Origin: Schaalia meyeri
Lineage (GTDB): Bacteria > Actinomycetota > Actinomycetes > Actinomycetales > Actinomycetaceae
DNA: 29,333 nucleotides
Direction of reading: 5' to 3'
NCBI RefSeq assembly: GCF_900105015.1
Contig: NZ_FNLK01000002.1
Location: forward strand, 1-29,333
Below the pieces are notes generated by a model. The model worked only from the letters and a program-made list of their open reading frames with translations. It was not told the origin of the DNA and searched no databases. The stretch's first letter is position 1; the number at the start of each line of letters is the position of its first letter. A program made the position numbers and the translations under genes. Below, piece after piece: positions 17,930 to 25,940 of the stretch.

Positions 17930-19408
17930 TTACCTCCTCGCCAGGGACCCAAGTCCCGCCAGGTGCAGGCGTCGCCTCAAGAAGCCGCAAACACAGGCAA
18001 AAGTGACGATTGAAAGCACCGTGCCAGCAACGATTGCGACGAATGAATCGCGCCCCAGCCACCAAGCTATACACCCGCCCGGAATCACCGCGGACACGAC
18101 CACGACAACGACCGGCTTGACCACTTCCGACAATTTTGGTGTCACACCAATAAAACGCGACACCTGAACGGTAGCCATGGCTGCGTCAAGCACCATGCAC
18201 ACCGCCCACACGATCGCCGCTGCGACCATCCCGCCGCGAGGAATGAAGATGATGTTACCCACAACGTTGAGGGTGAGGACCACAACCTTGTTGACCGCGG
18301 CCCATCCCGAGCGGCCGCTCATGATGAGCAGGGAGTGGATGTTGCCCGCCATGAACGTCACGATCGACCCGATGCACAACACCACGAGGACGTTGGCGCC
18401 CGGCGCAAACCCGTCTCCCAGAATACGCATGAGCGCCGGCGCAAAAATCGCCATGAGCGCATAGATCGGTGCCGCGAAGAGCACCAGCCAGATCGACGCC
18501 GTTGCGTACATCTCACGCAGCTCTGCGGTGCGCCCCTGGTGCAGAAGCTTCGAAAAGCGCGGGGATACGACAACGCGCAGCGCCGTATCGACGACCATGC
18601 CGGCCTGAATGAAACGAATCGCACCCCCGTAAATGCCCGAAGCGGCATCCCCCGCGAGCATGCCCACGAGCAGAACATCCAGCCACTGCAAAGCCTGTTC
18701 CAAACCCGCAGTCAGAGTACGAGGCAGGGCAAAGACCACGACCTGTCGGCGACGCTGAGAGGTCGGCCACCACCCGGCAGAGTCCGCAGCCGAAGGCATG
18801 TGGCGCAGCAGCAACCACCACGCGGCCACCAAAACAACAACGAAGGGCAGCGCCCACGCGATCGATACAAAGGCCAGTGATCCCGTTAACGCTGCGGCCA
18901 GCGCTACCAGCAGGGGCCGAAGCCCCGGCAGCAGGAGGTTCTGGACGAGGACGTATTCGCGCATGTTTCCCAGGGCTCGCAGCGCCGCCGACGCGACCAG
19001 GGTAAGCGCTCCGATCGGAACGAACCAGAGAACGGCGCGGGTAGCTGCCGCGACGTCCGCGTTCCAGATCATGGGGGCCGCGGCCTCGAGGATGAGGACG
19101 CACACGGTCGAGACTCCGAGGGTCATCGACGCCATAAAGGACAGGGTCGCACGGATCTCCTGCGGCGCATCCAAGCTGAGGCGAGGAAAGAGGTAGATGG
19201 CGGTCGAATCCAAACCAACCTTGGCCAGCGCCATGACGATCGCGAACACGCCGGTTGCCTGCGTGACGACGCCCGCACCTCCCGTCCCCAGCATCCGCGA
19301 CAGGATGATCGTGAAGGCGAAGCCGAGGATCGCCGATGTCGCCGCTCCGACGAAGCCGATAATGCCGCCACGAGCCAGGGAACGCCTGGCTTGATTTAGC
19401 TCACTCAT
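17930..19408 (-). CDS. Polysaccharide flippase (Wzx / MOP-superfamily polysaccharide biosynthesis protein)
   Basis: It is a polytopic membrane protein with about 12-14 hydrophobic segments and a Wzx-like N-terminus (RSLARGGIIGFVGAATSAILGFAFTIILSRMLG). The ATG at 19408 sits 6 nt after GGAAGGA. Confidence 0.8.
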   Translation of the reverse strand: MSELNQARRSLARGGIIGFVGAATSAILGFAFTIILSRMLGTGGAGVVTQATGVFAIVMALAKVGLDSTAIYLFPRLSLDAPQEIRATLSFMASMTLGVSTVCVLILEAAAPMIWNADVAAATRAVLWFVPIGALTLVASAALRALGNMREYVLVQNLLLPGLRPLLVALAAALTGSLAFVSIAWALPFVVVLVAAWWLLLRHMPSAADSAGWWPTSQRRRQVVVFALPRTLTAGLEQALQWLDVLLVGMLAGDAASGIYGGAIRFIQAGMVVDTALRVVVSPRFSKLLHQGRTAELREMYATASIWLVLFAAPIYALMAIFAPALMRILGDGFAPGANVLVVLCIGSIVTFMAGNIHSLLIMSGRSGWAAVNKVVVLTLNVVGNIIFIPRGGMVAAAIVWAVCMVLDAAMATVQVSRFIGVTPKLSEVVKPVVVVVVSAVIPGGCIAWWLGRDSFVAIVAGTVLSIVTFACVCGFLRRRLHLAGLGSLARR

Positions 19409-19467
19409 AACTGTCCTTCCCGCTACCAAGCGGTAACCTTTTTCTATAACCGATCGATGGGATACAC

Positions 19468-20115
19468 ATGGACCTCAACCTCACCTCAATGACCCCCGCC
19501 CGAAAGAAATCGCTCATGGTGGCCGCGATACTTCTCATCGCGGCTCTCATTATCGTGGGGGTCCTGCGTCTCACGCGTTCATCCGACTCCCCGACTGCGG
19601 CAGCTTCCGGCGCGCAGAGCGAACAGGACGACCCGTACGCCGATCCGCAGTCCGTTCCGAAGACCATCACCCCGCAGTCGGGCGGCCCCGCCAACGCTTC
19701 CGGCTCACTGAGCACGGACGAGGAAGCCTCCGGGCAGACCTCTTTCGTTATGAACACCCTGTGGGGCGCATACACCGACCCCGCCCAGGCGCTGGCAACG
19801 GACCTGTCCTCTGTCCTCACCGCCGCCGCCCTGGAAGAGTTCGACTCGCAGGCTCTCGAATGGTCGCGAGACGGCACCCACTCTACCGGCACGCCCACTC
19901 TGGAGAACGTGCACATCCACAACGATGACGGGGCAGGGAACGTCACGGTATCGGCGTGCGTGGACTCCTCATCCGTGAACGTCGTCAACGACGCGGGAAC
20001 CTCACTCAGGGACGACGCGGCCCCGACCCGTGTCCTCACCTATTTTCAGTTCGTGAAGGACGGCGAAAACTGGAAGCTGTCCGGCCTCTCGTTCCCCGAC
20101 GACCCGACTTGCTGA
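19468..20115 (+). CDS. Hypothetical single-pass membrane-anchored protein
   Basis: A basic N-terminus (ARKK) is followed by one TM (SLMVAAILLIAALIIVGVL), a low-complexity linker and a ~120-aa globular C-terminal domain. No family was recognised. It is the only plus-strand gene inside the glycan locus. The SD is weak, so the start is uncertain. Confidence 0.55.
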   Translation: MDLNLTSMTPARKKSLMVAAILLIAALIIVGVLRLTRSSDSPTAAASGAQSEQDDPYADPQSVPKTITPQSGGPANASGSLSTDEEASGQTSFVMNTLWGAYTDPAQALATDLSSVLTAAALEEFDSQALEWSRDGTHSTGTPTLENVHIHNDDGAGNVTVSACVDSSSVNVVNDAGTSLRDDAAPTRVLTYFQFVKDGENWKLSGLSFPDDPTC

Positions 20116-21553
20116 GACGCCCAAGCATCTGCGTGGAGAAAGCCCCGTCGTTCGCGGCGGGGCTTTCCCAGTGCCCCATGCGCACCGTGCGCGCCGCGCG
20201 CGCTGTCCCGGCGACGCTTCCGGGCGTGGGTGTGCCTTCCTGTTCGGCGGCAGCGCGACGCAGCGGATCGCTTTCCTCCTCCAGGTGACGCGACAGCAGG
20301 GCGACTGCGACGACGGAAAGCATCAGGCCCGTGTTCATCCCGTAGTAGAACTGTTCGACGAGGGTCGCCAGGATAATGCCCCCCAGGATCGACCCGTACA
20401 CGTCCGTGGCGCGCCACACGCGCGGGATCATGCGAACGAAAAACGCGATAAACAGGAAGGCGCCGACCAACCCGTAGGAGAAGAGCACGGTCCAGAACTG
20501 CCCCTGGGTGCCCAACGAGGGCAACCACGGGGAGGACGAGGGGCGGGGTGCGCCGAATCCCAAGAGCGGCGACTCGGCCAGCTCGGAGAGGGTCTCCAGG
20601 TAGTTCGAGGCGCGGTCCTCGGTCGATGAGGACGCGGCGATGCGATCCCAAAGGGACTGCGATGCGGGCGTCGCCAGCCAGGCGACGACGCCGACGAGGA
20701 CGGCCGCGGCAATGCCGGCGACGGTGCGCCACGCGCCAACGCGCAGCCGTTGGAAGCCGATCCACAGGACGATCACAATCAGACCAATGTACATGCCTCG
20801 GTTGAGGGTGGCGGCGGCCGGGATGACCGACAGCGCGCACACCGCAGCCACGATGAAACGCCATCGCGAACGCTCGCGCCACAGGACGAAAGCAAACACC
20901 AGCGCCAGCGGGAAAATCAACGAATAGACGTTGCCGTAGGTGTTCGAGTAGATGAATGGGGCGGACGGGCGCGGATCAGACAGGACCCACGACGACGGGT
21001 TCCACTGTGTCGTCGCGCGCTTGATGAACTCCCTGACGAAGTTGTTGGAGTGGAGCCCGCGCGGGATCAGGTAGTACATGAGCGTCTTGAAGCGGAGGGT
21101 GGGAAACGCCATTGCGATGAAGCCGCCGATGGTCGTCGACGCGAGGAACCCCCACATGGTGCGCACGATCGTGCGCACGCTCAGGGACTCACGCGCGTTG
21201 AACGCGTACACGGCGAACACGCCCGGCGACAGCTCAAGGGCGAAGCGATACAGGGCGCCGATCACGCGCCCACCCGAATCCAGCATGGACATTGATGCCA
21301 GCACCCACGCGAGGAAAAACACCCACAGGATGCTCCCCGGGGGGAAACGCAGCCCGTGTCGGCCAATCATGAACACGAGCATGACGATCGCGAAGATCGG
21401 CCACATCATGTCGCCGGTCCCCAAGACCCACCACAGTAGGTACGCTGAGTAGGCCACGGCGAAGGGCCACGCTGGCAGGTCCCGCGCGTCCTCCCTCAGC
21501 GGGCCGATACTGGCGGGGGCGGGTTTGCCCCAGATTCCTCGGCGCAAACTCAC
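20036..21553 (-). CDS. O-antigen polymerase/ligase-like (Wzy-type) polytopic membrane protein
   Basis: It has about 10-12 hydrophobic segments, a large extracytoplasmic loop (ASQSLWDRIAASSSTEDRASNYLETLSELAESPLLGFG) and an Arg-rich ~80-aa C-terminal tail. The GTG start overlaps the upstream stop (GTGA at 21550-21553). The assignment rests on topology and locus context. Confidence 0.6.
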   Translation of the reverse strand: MSLRRGIWGKPAPASIGPLREDARDLPAWPFAVAYSAYLLWWVLGTGDMMWPIFAIVMLVFMIGRHGLRFPPGSILWVFFLAWVLASMSMLDSGGRVIGALYRFALELSPGVFAVYAFNARESLSVRTIVRTMWGFLASTTIGGFIAMAFPTLRFKTLMYYLIPRGLHSNNFVREFIKRATTQWNPSSWVLSDPRPSAPFIYSNTYGNVYSLIFPLALVFAFVLWRERSRWRFIVAAVCALSVIPAAATLNRGMYIGLIVIVLWIGFQRLRVGAWRTVAGIAAAVLVGVVAWLATPASQSLWDRIAASSSTEDRASNYLETLSELAESPLLGFGAPRPSSSPWLPSLGTQGQFWTVLFSYGLVGAFLFIAFFVRMIPRVWRATDVYGSILGGIILATLVEQFYYGMNTGLMLSVVAVALLSRHLEEESDPLRRAAAEQEGTPTPGSVAGTARAARTVRMGHWESPAANDGAFSTQMLGRLSKSGRRGTRGRTASSFRRPSRTENR

Positions 21554-22905
21554 GCGTCAGTGTTCCCTTCTGGCGCGTTTGTTTCCTGGGACGAGACGAG
21601 GGTCGCGGGCTCCTGCACAGCTTCGCTCGCGGCGGGCCGCGCGGGCCTCTGGGCATCGTCCCGGCCACCGCGACGAGGGACGCTCAACTTGTTGCGTCGG
21701 TGCGAGGACAGGTACAGGAAAGGCCCCTCCAGGAACCCCCTGATTTCGGAGGCGGTCAGCGAACCGGGGACATCCGATTCCGTTCCTGCGACTCGCGCGC
21801 TGCCGGGCTTGATGCGGGACAGGACGCTGGGAATGCGCGCGACCAAGGTGCCGATAAGCGTGGGCTTGGCCAGAACGGCCTTGGTCAAAAGGGCCGCCAT
21901 GCCGGAACCGTTTCCGCGTATCTGCTTATCCAACCCGGCCTCGTCGACCCGATGGCGGTGATGCACCAGGGCGTCGGGCGTGTGGATAATGACGTCGCCC
22001 GTGGCCAGGATGCGCGCGAACATGTCCAGGTCCTCGCCGCCACGCGTGGACGTGCCTGCGCCCAGGGCCGGATCAAAAGGTCCAACCTCCATGAGGACGT
22101 CACGGCGCATCGCCATGCATACGCCGGCGCCCACGCGCGCGGTCGTGATGGGGAACAGGGGCCCGCCGTTACCCTTTTCACCCAGGGCATCAAGGCCCTC
22201 CGGGACGTCACCCGCACACCAGACGCGCGGCGTCATGTCCTTGGGGAATCCGCCTCGCGACTCGAACCACCGCTGGGGCGCGTATCGTTGCTGAAGGGGC
22301 AGCACGATGCCAGTCGTCGCCGCTACGTAAGGGGACGCGGTGAAGGGGTCGATCATGGCCGTCAGCCAGTGCGAGTCGACGATCGCGTCGTCGTCCGTAA
22401 AGACGATGACCTCGCCACGAGCCGCCAGAACGCCGCGGTTACGGGCCCTGGACAAGCCGGGACGCGACGCGGAGACGATACTCAACCGCGTGTCGTCGAT
22501 CCCCGCAAGCTTCTCACGGGTAAGGCCCGTGTGCGGCGCGTTGTCGACGACGACGAGCGTGAAACGCTGATGGTCCTGATCCAAGATGGCGCGCACAGCT
22601 TCCTCAAGCATGTCGGAGGAACCGACCGTGCACATGATGACGGTCGCGTCAATGTCAGCGCCAGCCCCCTCTTCCCAGCCTCGCGCTGAAGCGGGGGGAA
22701 CCGCAGCGACGCGCGGATCCTCCTCGGGGTGGTCCGTACCATCGATCTCAACGAAACCGGAATTGCGTCCGTGATCGCGCACCAGCACCAGCGCGCGAGG
22801 CGCCGACGGATCGCCCGAGACCAGCTGGGTAACGCAGGCGCTTCGATCAACGTGCCAGATGGACGCGGCCATCGCGTCGGCCGCGCGCGCCTCCTCGACG
22901 CTCAT
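21550..22905 (-). CDS. Family 2 glycosyltransferase with a ~95-aa N-terminal extension
   Basis: The GT-A core is VIMCTVGSSDMLEEAVRAILDQ...LVVVDNAP...RNRGVLAARGEVIVFTDDDAIV (DxD). The ATG overlaps the upstream stop (ATGA at 22902-22905). Confidence 0.85.
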   Translation of the reverse strand: MSVEEARAADAMAASIWHVDRSACVTQLVSGDPSAPRALVLVRDHGRNSGFVEIDGTDHPEEDPRVAAVPPASARGWEEGAGADIDATVIMCTVGSSDMLEEAVRAILDQDHQRFTLVVVDNAPHTGLTREKLAGIDDTRLSIVSASRPGLSRARNRGVLAARGEVIVFTDDDAIVDSHWLTAMIDPFTASPYVAATTGIVLPLQQRYAPQRWFESRGGFPKDMTPRVWCAGDVPEGLDALGEKGNGGPLFPITTARVGAGVCMAMRRDVLMEVGPFDPALGAGTSTRGGEDLDMFARILATGDVIIHTPDALVHHRHRVDEAGLDKQIRGNGSGMAALLTKAVLAKPTLIGTLVARIPSVLSRIKPGSARVAGTESDVPGSLTASEIRGFLEGPFLYLSSHRRNKLSVPRRGGRDDAQRPARPAASEAVQEPATLVSSQETNAPEGNTDA

Positions 22906-24272
22906 CGCTGTCCCCTCGCATCGGTGTGGCCACCCCTGCGTTGGGGAATGGTGCCCCTCGCGTTCTCTGTGCTCATCGTGGGTCGCGCGCCGTACCCCGT
23001 ATTGACCGAGGTGGCGACGATCTCATCCGGAAGCTCAACGATCTGGGGAGCCACCACGGGCCTGGGGTCGGAGTAGTCGACGGACGTGCTCATCGGGTTC
23101 CCCAGATAGATCATGCCGTTGACCTCACGGTTGATGAGCGCCAGCTCGTTCAGGAGGGCGTGCAGTTTCCTCAGATCGTGTCCTCCGCGCACGGCGATGA
23201 GAACATGCTTGGAGGGGCGCACCTCATCAAGCAGTGACGCCAGGGGCTGGTTGATGTCGATGAGCCGCGGCGCGGGGACGCGCGTCTCCGCCAGGGAATC
23301 TGAAAGCACGCGGTGCAGCGGGCGTGCCTGCGGATCCGACGCATCGACAATCAGGTCGACCCAGTGGTCGCGGTCGATCGCCATGGCGAGCATGCGCGTG
23401 GGCGCCAGCCAGGGTTCGGGTGCGCCCTCCTCCGGGCTCCACACGGGCAGAGCCGTCAAGTCGGCCAACTGGCTGGGCGACGCCAGGTTCCGCGAGCGGG
23501 TCTCGGCGACCAGAACCATCACCAGCCCGATGAAGAGGCCAACGACCGTGGTGATGAGGATCAGGCGTACCTTCGAGGGGGACTCCTCATCCACGGAAGC
23601 GGCGGCGCTCGTGATCACGAGGCCCGCGCTGGCGCGGTAGGGAAGCAGCTGCGCGTTCTGCTCGGTGAGCTTGGCGATCTGGGTGCGCAGCTCGGAAGCG
23701 CGCGAGTTCTGCCCTGTTTTTCCATCCTCGGAGGTGGTCGGGGCGAGAGTGGCGAGTTCGGCCTCGAGGGCGGCGATCTCATCGTTGATCGCCGAGCTCA
23801 TTTCATTCGCCCGCTTCTCCACCAGGGAAGTGCGTTCCTTCAGGTAGTGCGTCGAGATCGCGTCGGCTGCGGCGACCGCCTTTTCGCGGGTGGACGCGAA
23901 GTAGGAGATGTTCACGATCGTGCCATTCGTGTCACCCGTCACCTCGATCTTCTCAAGCAGATCGCTCGCGGTGATACCACCGCCGAGCTGCGCAGCGGCC
24001 CCTTCCAGGACCACCGCGGACTTCGCGATCCCCTGCTCGGTGGCCATATCGGTGGTGTTCGACAGCGACGCGCGCAGCGCCGGCGCAGGGGTCGGCGACG
24101 GTGATGTCACCGTCATCGATACGGTCGCCGAGTGCGTCACGGGCAAAGCAAACGCTGCGACGGCACCCACGACCAGGCCGACCACGGTTCCCAAAACTAT
24201 CAACTCCCAGCGGCGCACCAGCGCATGACGCAGGATCTGCTGGCCGCCCGTGGGCGGAGGAGTAAGGATCAT
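22902..24272 (-). CDS. Polysaccharide co-polymerase (Wzz/PCP-type chain-length determinant) with a degenerate, P-loop-less kinase-like cytoplasmic tail
   Basis: The layout is TM1 (WELIVLGTVVGLVVGAVAAFAL), a ~190-aa extracytoplasmic segment with a coiled-coil-like stretch (INDEIAALEAELATL...RTQIAKLTEQNAQL), TM2 (LILITTVVGLFIGLVMVLVA) and a ~200-aa tail. The ATG at 24272 sits 6 nt after AAGGAGA and overlaps the upstream stop (ATGA). Confidence 0.75.
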   Translation of the reverse strand: MILTPPPTGGQQILRHALVRRWELIVLGTVVGLVVGAVAAFALPVTHSATVSMTVTSPSPTPAPALRASLSNTTDMATEQGIAKSAVVLEGAAAQLGGGITASDLLEKIEVTGDTNGTIVNISYFASTREKAVAAADAISTHYLKERTSLVEKRANEMSSAINDEIAALEAELATLAPTTSEDGKTGQNSRASELRTQIAKLTEQNAQLLPYRASAGLVITSAAASVDEESPSKVRLILITTVVGLFIGLVMVLVAETRSRNLASPSQLADLTALPVWSPEEGAPEPWLAPTRMLAMAIDRDHWVDLIVDASDPQARPLHRVLSDSLAETRVPAPRLIDINQPLASLLDEVRPSKHVLIAVRGGHDLRKLHALLNELALINREVNGMIYLGNPMSTSVDYSDPRPVVAPQIVELPDEIVATSVNTGYGARPTMSTENARGTIPQRRGGHTDARGQR

Positions 24273-25222
24273 GACTGTTCTCCTTGGAGGTGAGAGCGCA
24301 CCCACGCGGCACGCGCATTCAGCCGACGCTCAAGAGCGCGGCGAGACGACGGGGGCCGGGACGCGACCCCCTGAGTGTAGACCTGCACGAAGCGGTCAAG
24401 CTCACGCACGGCCCGGTCGCGAGGAAGAGAAACCAACGAGACCAGGCGCGGCAGCTCCTGGCCCGTGAGGGAGACCGACAGGTCGCTAAACGCGCGGGCC
24501 TGTTCCAGATTCTTCCACGAATCTGCGCGCCACGAGGCGTTTTTGCTCACCTGACCGGGGTGAATGCGATACAGCAGCCCCCACGGCGCCAGGCGACGCA
24601 TACGCCCGCCGACGGCGCCGACCCTCATCCACAGGTCGTAATCCTCCGCTGGGACGGATCGGTAGCCGCCCACCCGGTCGATGATCTCGCGCGTGGCTAC
24701 CATGGTTGGATGGCACACGGGGTTCGTGAGCAGCAGGTGCCACCCCATGTCCTCTGGCGCTATCTCGTAGGGCACGCGGGGCACCGGCCGCACGCCGCGC
24801 AGCTCGATCATCTGCATGAAGACCATGTCATCCCCGCGCTCGATCGCACGCAGGGAGCGCCAAAAGCGTCCCCTGAGCGACACGTCATCCGCGTCCATGC
24901 GGCCAACGAGGCGCGAATCCGTGCGCTCCATCAGCTGTGCCAGGACACGCGACACGCCGCCCTCACCAGCAGAGATGTCCTCGATGCGCAGGCGAGGATC
25001 CACCGTGCCGGCGTGCGAAGCGCCGCGGATTGCCTCCCCCACCGTCGAATCCGACGACGAATCGTTGCCGACCACCAGCTCCGCGTCGCGGGGCATCGCC
25101 GCCAGGGTCGAAGACACGGCTCGTTTGATCGTGCCAGCCGCGTTGCGCGCGGGCAGCAGGACGGACAGCTCAGGCACGGCTGTCCCCCTGCCGCGCGGCA
25201 GCGTCAAGCGCGCGCAGGTCAC
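24269..25222 (-). CDS. Family 2 glycosyltransferase
   Basis: The translation reads LSVLLPARNAAGTIKRAVSSTL...ELVVGNDSSSDST...GRMDADDVS (DxD-type). An alternative GTG start at 25177 would cut the overlap with the upstream gene from 53 nt to 8 nt. Confidence 0.85.
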   Translation of the reverse strand: MTCARLTLPRGRGTAVPELSVLLPARNAAGTIKRAVSSTLAAMPRDAELVVGNDSSSDSTVGEAIRGASHAGTVDPRLRIEDISAGEGGVSRVLAQLMERTDSRLVGRMDADDVSLRGRFWRSLRAIERGDDMVFMQMIELRGVRPVPRVPYEIAPEDMGWHLLLTNPVCHPTMVATREIIDRVGGYRSVPAEDYDLWMRVGAVGGRMRRLAPWGLLYRIHPGQVSKNASWRADSWKNLEQARAFSDLSVSLTGQELPRLVSLVSLPRDRAVRELDRFVQVYTQGVASRPPSSRRALERRLNARAAWVRSHLQGEQS

Positions 25223-25940
25223 AAAAGCGGCGACGCAGCGAGATCGACGAGTGCGCGAGCGCGACGGCCGCCAGGAACGTGTAAAGCACCATGAATGGCG
25301 AACCGAACCCCCACAGCACGAAGGACCAGCACAAAACGCCCGGATCCGTGGGCAGCAGCACGAAGGAACGCAAGTTGCCGCCGCGTGTCTGTTTGCGGCC
25401 CGCCGCGCGAACGAACTGTTCGGCCAGGATCTGGCTCATGAACTGGCCGGAGGTCACCCACCCGTAGACGAGCGCCGCGATCGCCAGCCACCACGACTCG
25501 GGGCGATAGGCCATCACCGCGATGGCGGTGCACAAATGGATCGCCGGCGAACGGAACGCATCCGCCACGTGATCCACCCACTCCCCCGTCTTTGACGACG
25601 CTCCGGTCACGCGCGACACCTGTCCATCCGCGGAGTCAAACATGAAGCCCACGGCCAGCAGGGTTCCCGCGATCAGCCCCGACCACCAGACGGGAGGAAA
25701 GGCCACCAGCACCGCCAATCCCACCGTCGAGAAGCACACCGACACGAGGCTCACGACATTCGGTGTCCAGCCCGACGCGGCGCACGCGGCCGCGACCACG
25801 CGGGCCGCGCCACGGTTCACCCAACGCATGTACGCGGGAACACCGGCGCCCGGCTTTTGGGCGGCGGTGAGGGCCGACCGGTACGCTCCGAAACGGTTCC
25901 CCCATGAGGAAGAAGGATCCAGCACCACGGGAAGGCTCAC
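25170..25940 (-). CDS. CDP-alcohol phosphotransferase-family integral membrane protein
   Basis: The family signature D-x2-DG-x2-(A/S)R-x8-G-x3-D-x3-D is seen as DSADGQVSRVTGASSKTGEWVDHVAD. Multiple TM segments are present. The GTG start overlaps the upstream stop (GTGA at 25937-25940). Confidence 0.85.
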   Translation of the reverse strand: MSLPVVLDPSSSWGNRFGAYRSALTAAQKPGAGVPAYMRWVNRGAARVVAAACAASGWTPNVVSLVSVCFSTVGLAVLVAFPPVWWSGLIAGTLLAVGFMFDSADGQVSRVTGASSKTGEWVDHVADAFRSPAIHLCTAIAVMAYRPESWWLAIAALVYGWVTSGQFMSQILAEQFVRAAGRKQTRGGNLRSFVLLPTDPGVLCWSFVLWGFGSPFMVLYTFLAAVALAHSSISLRRRFCDLRALDAAARQGDSRA

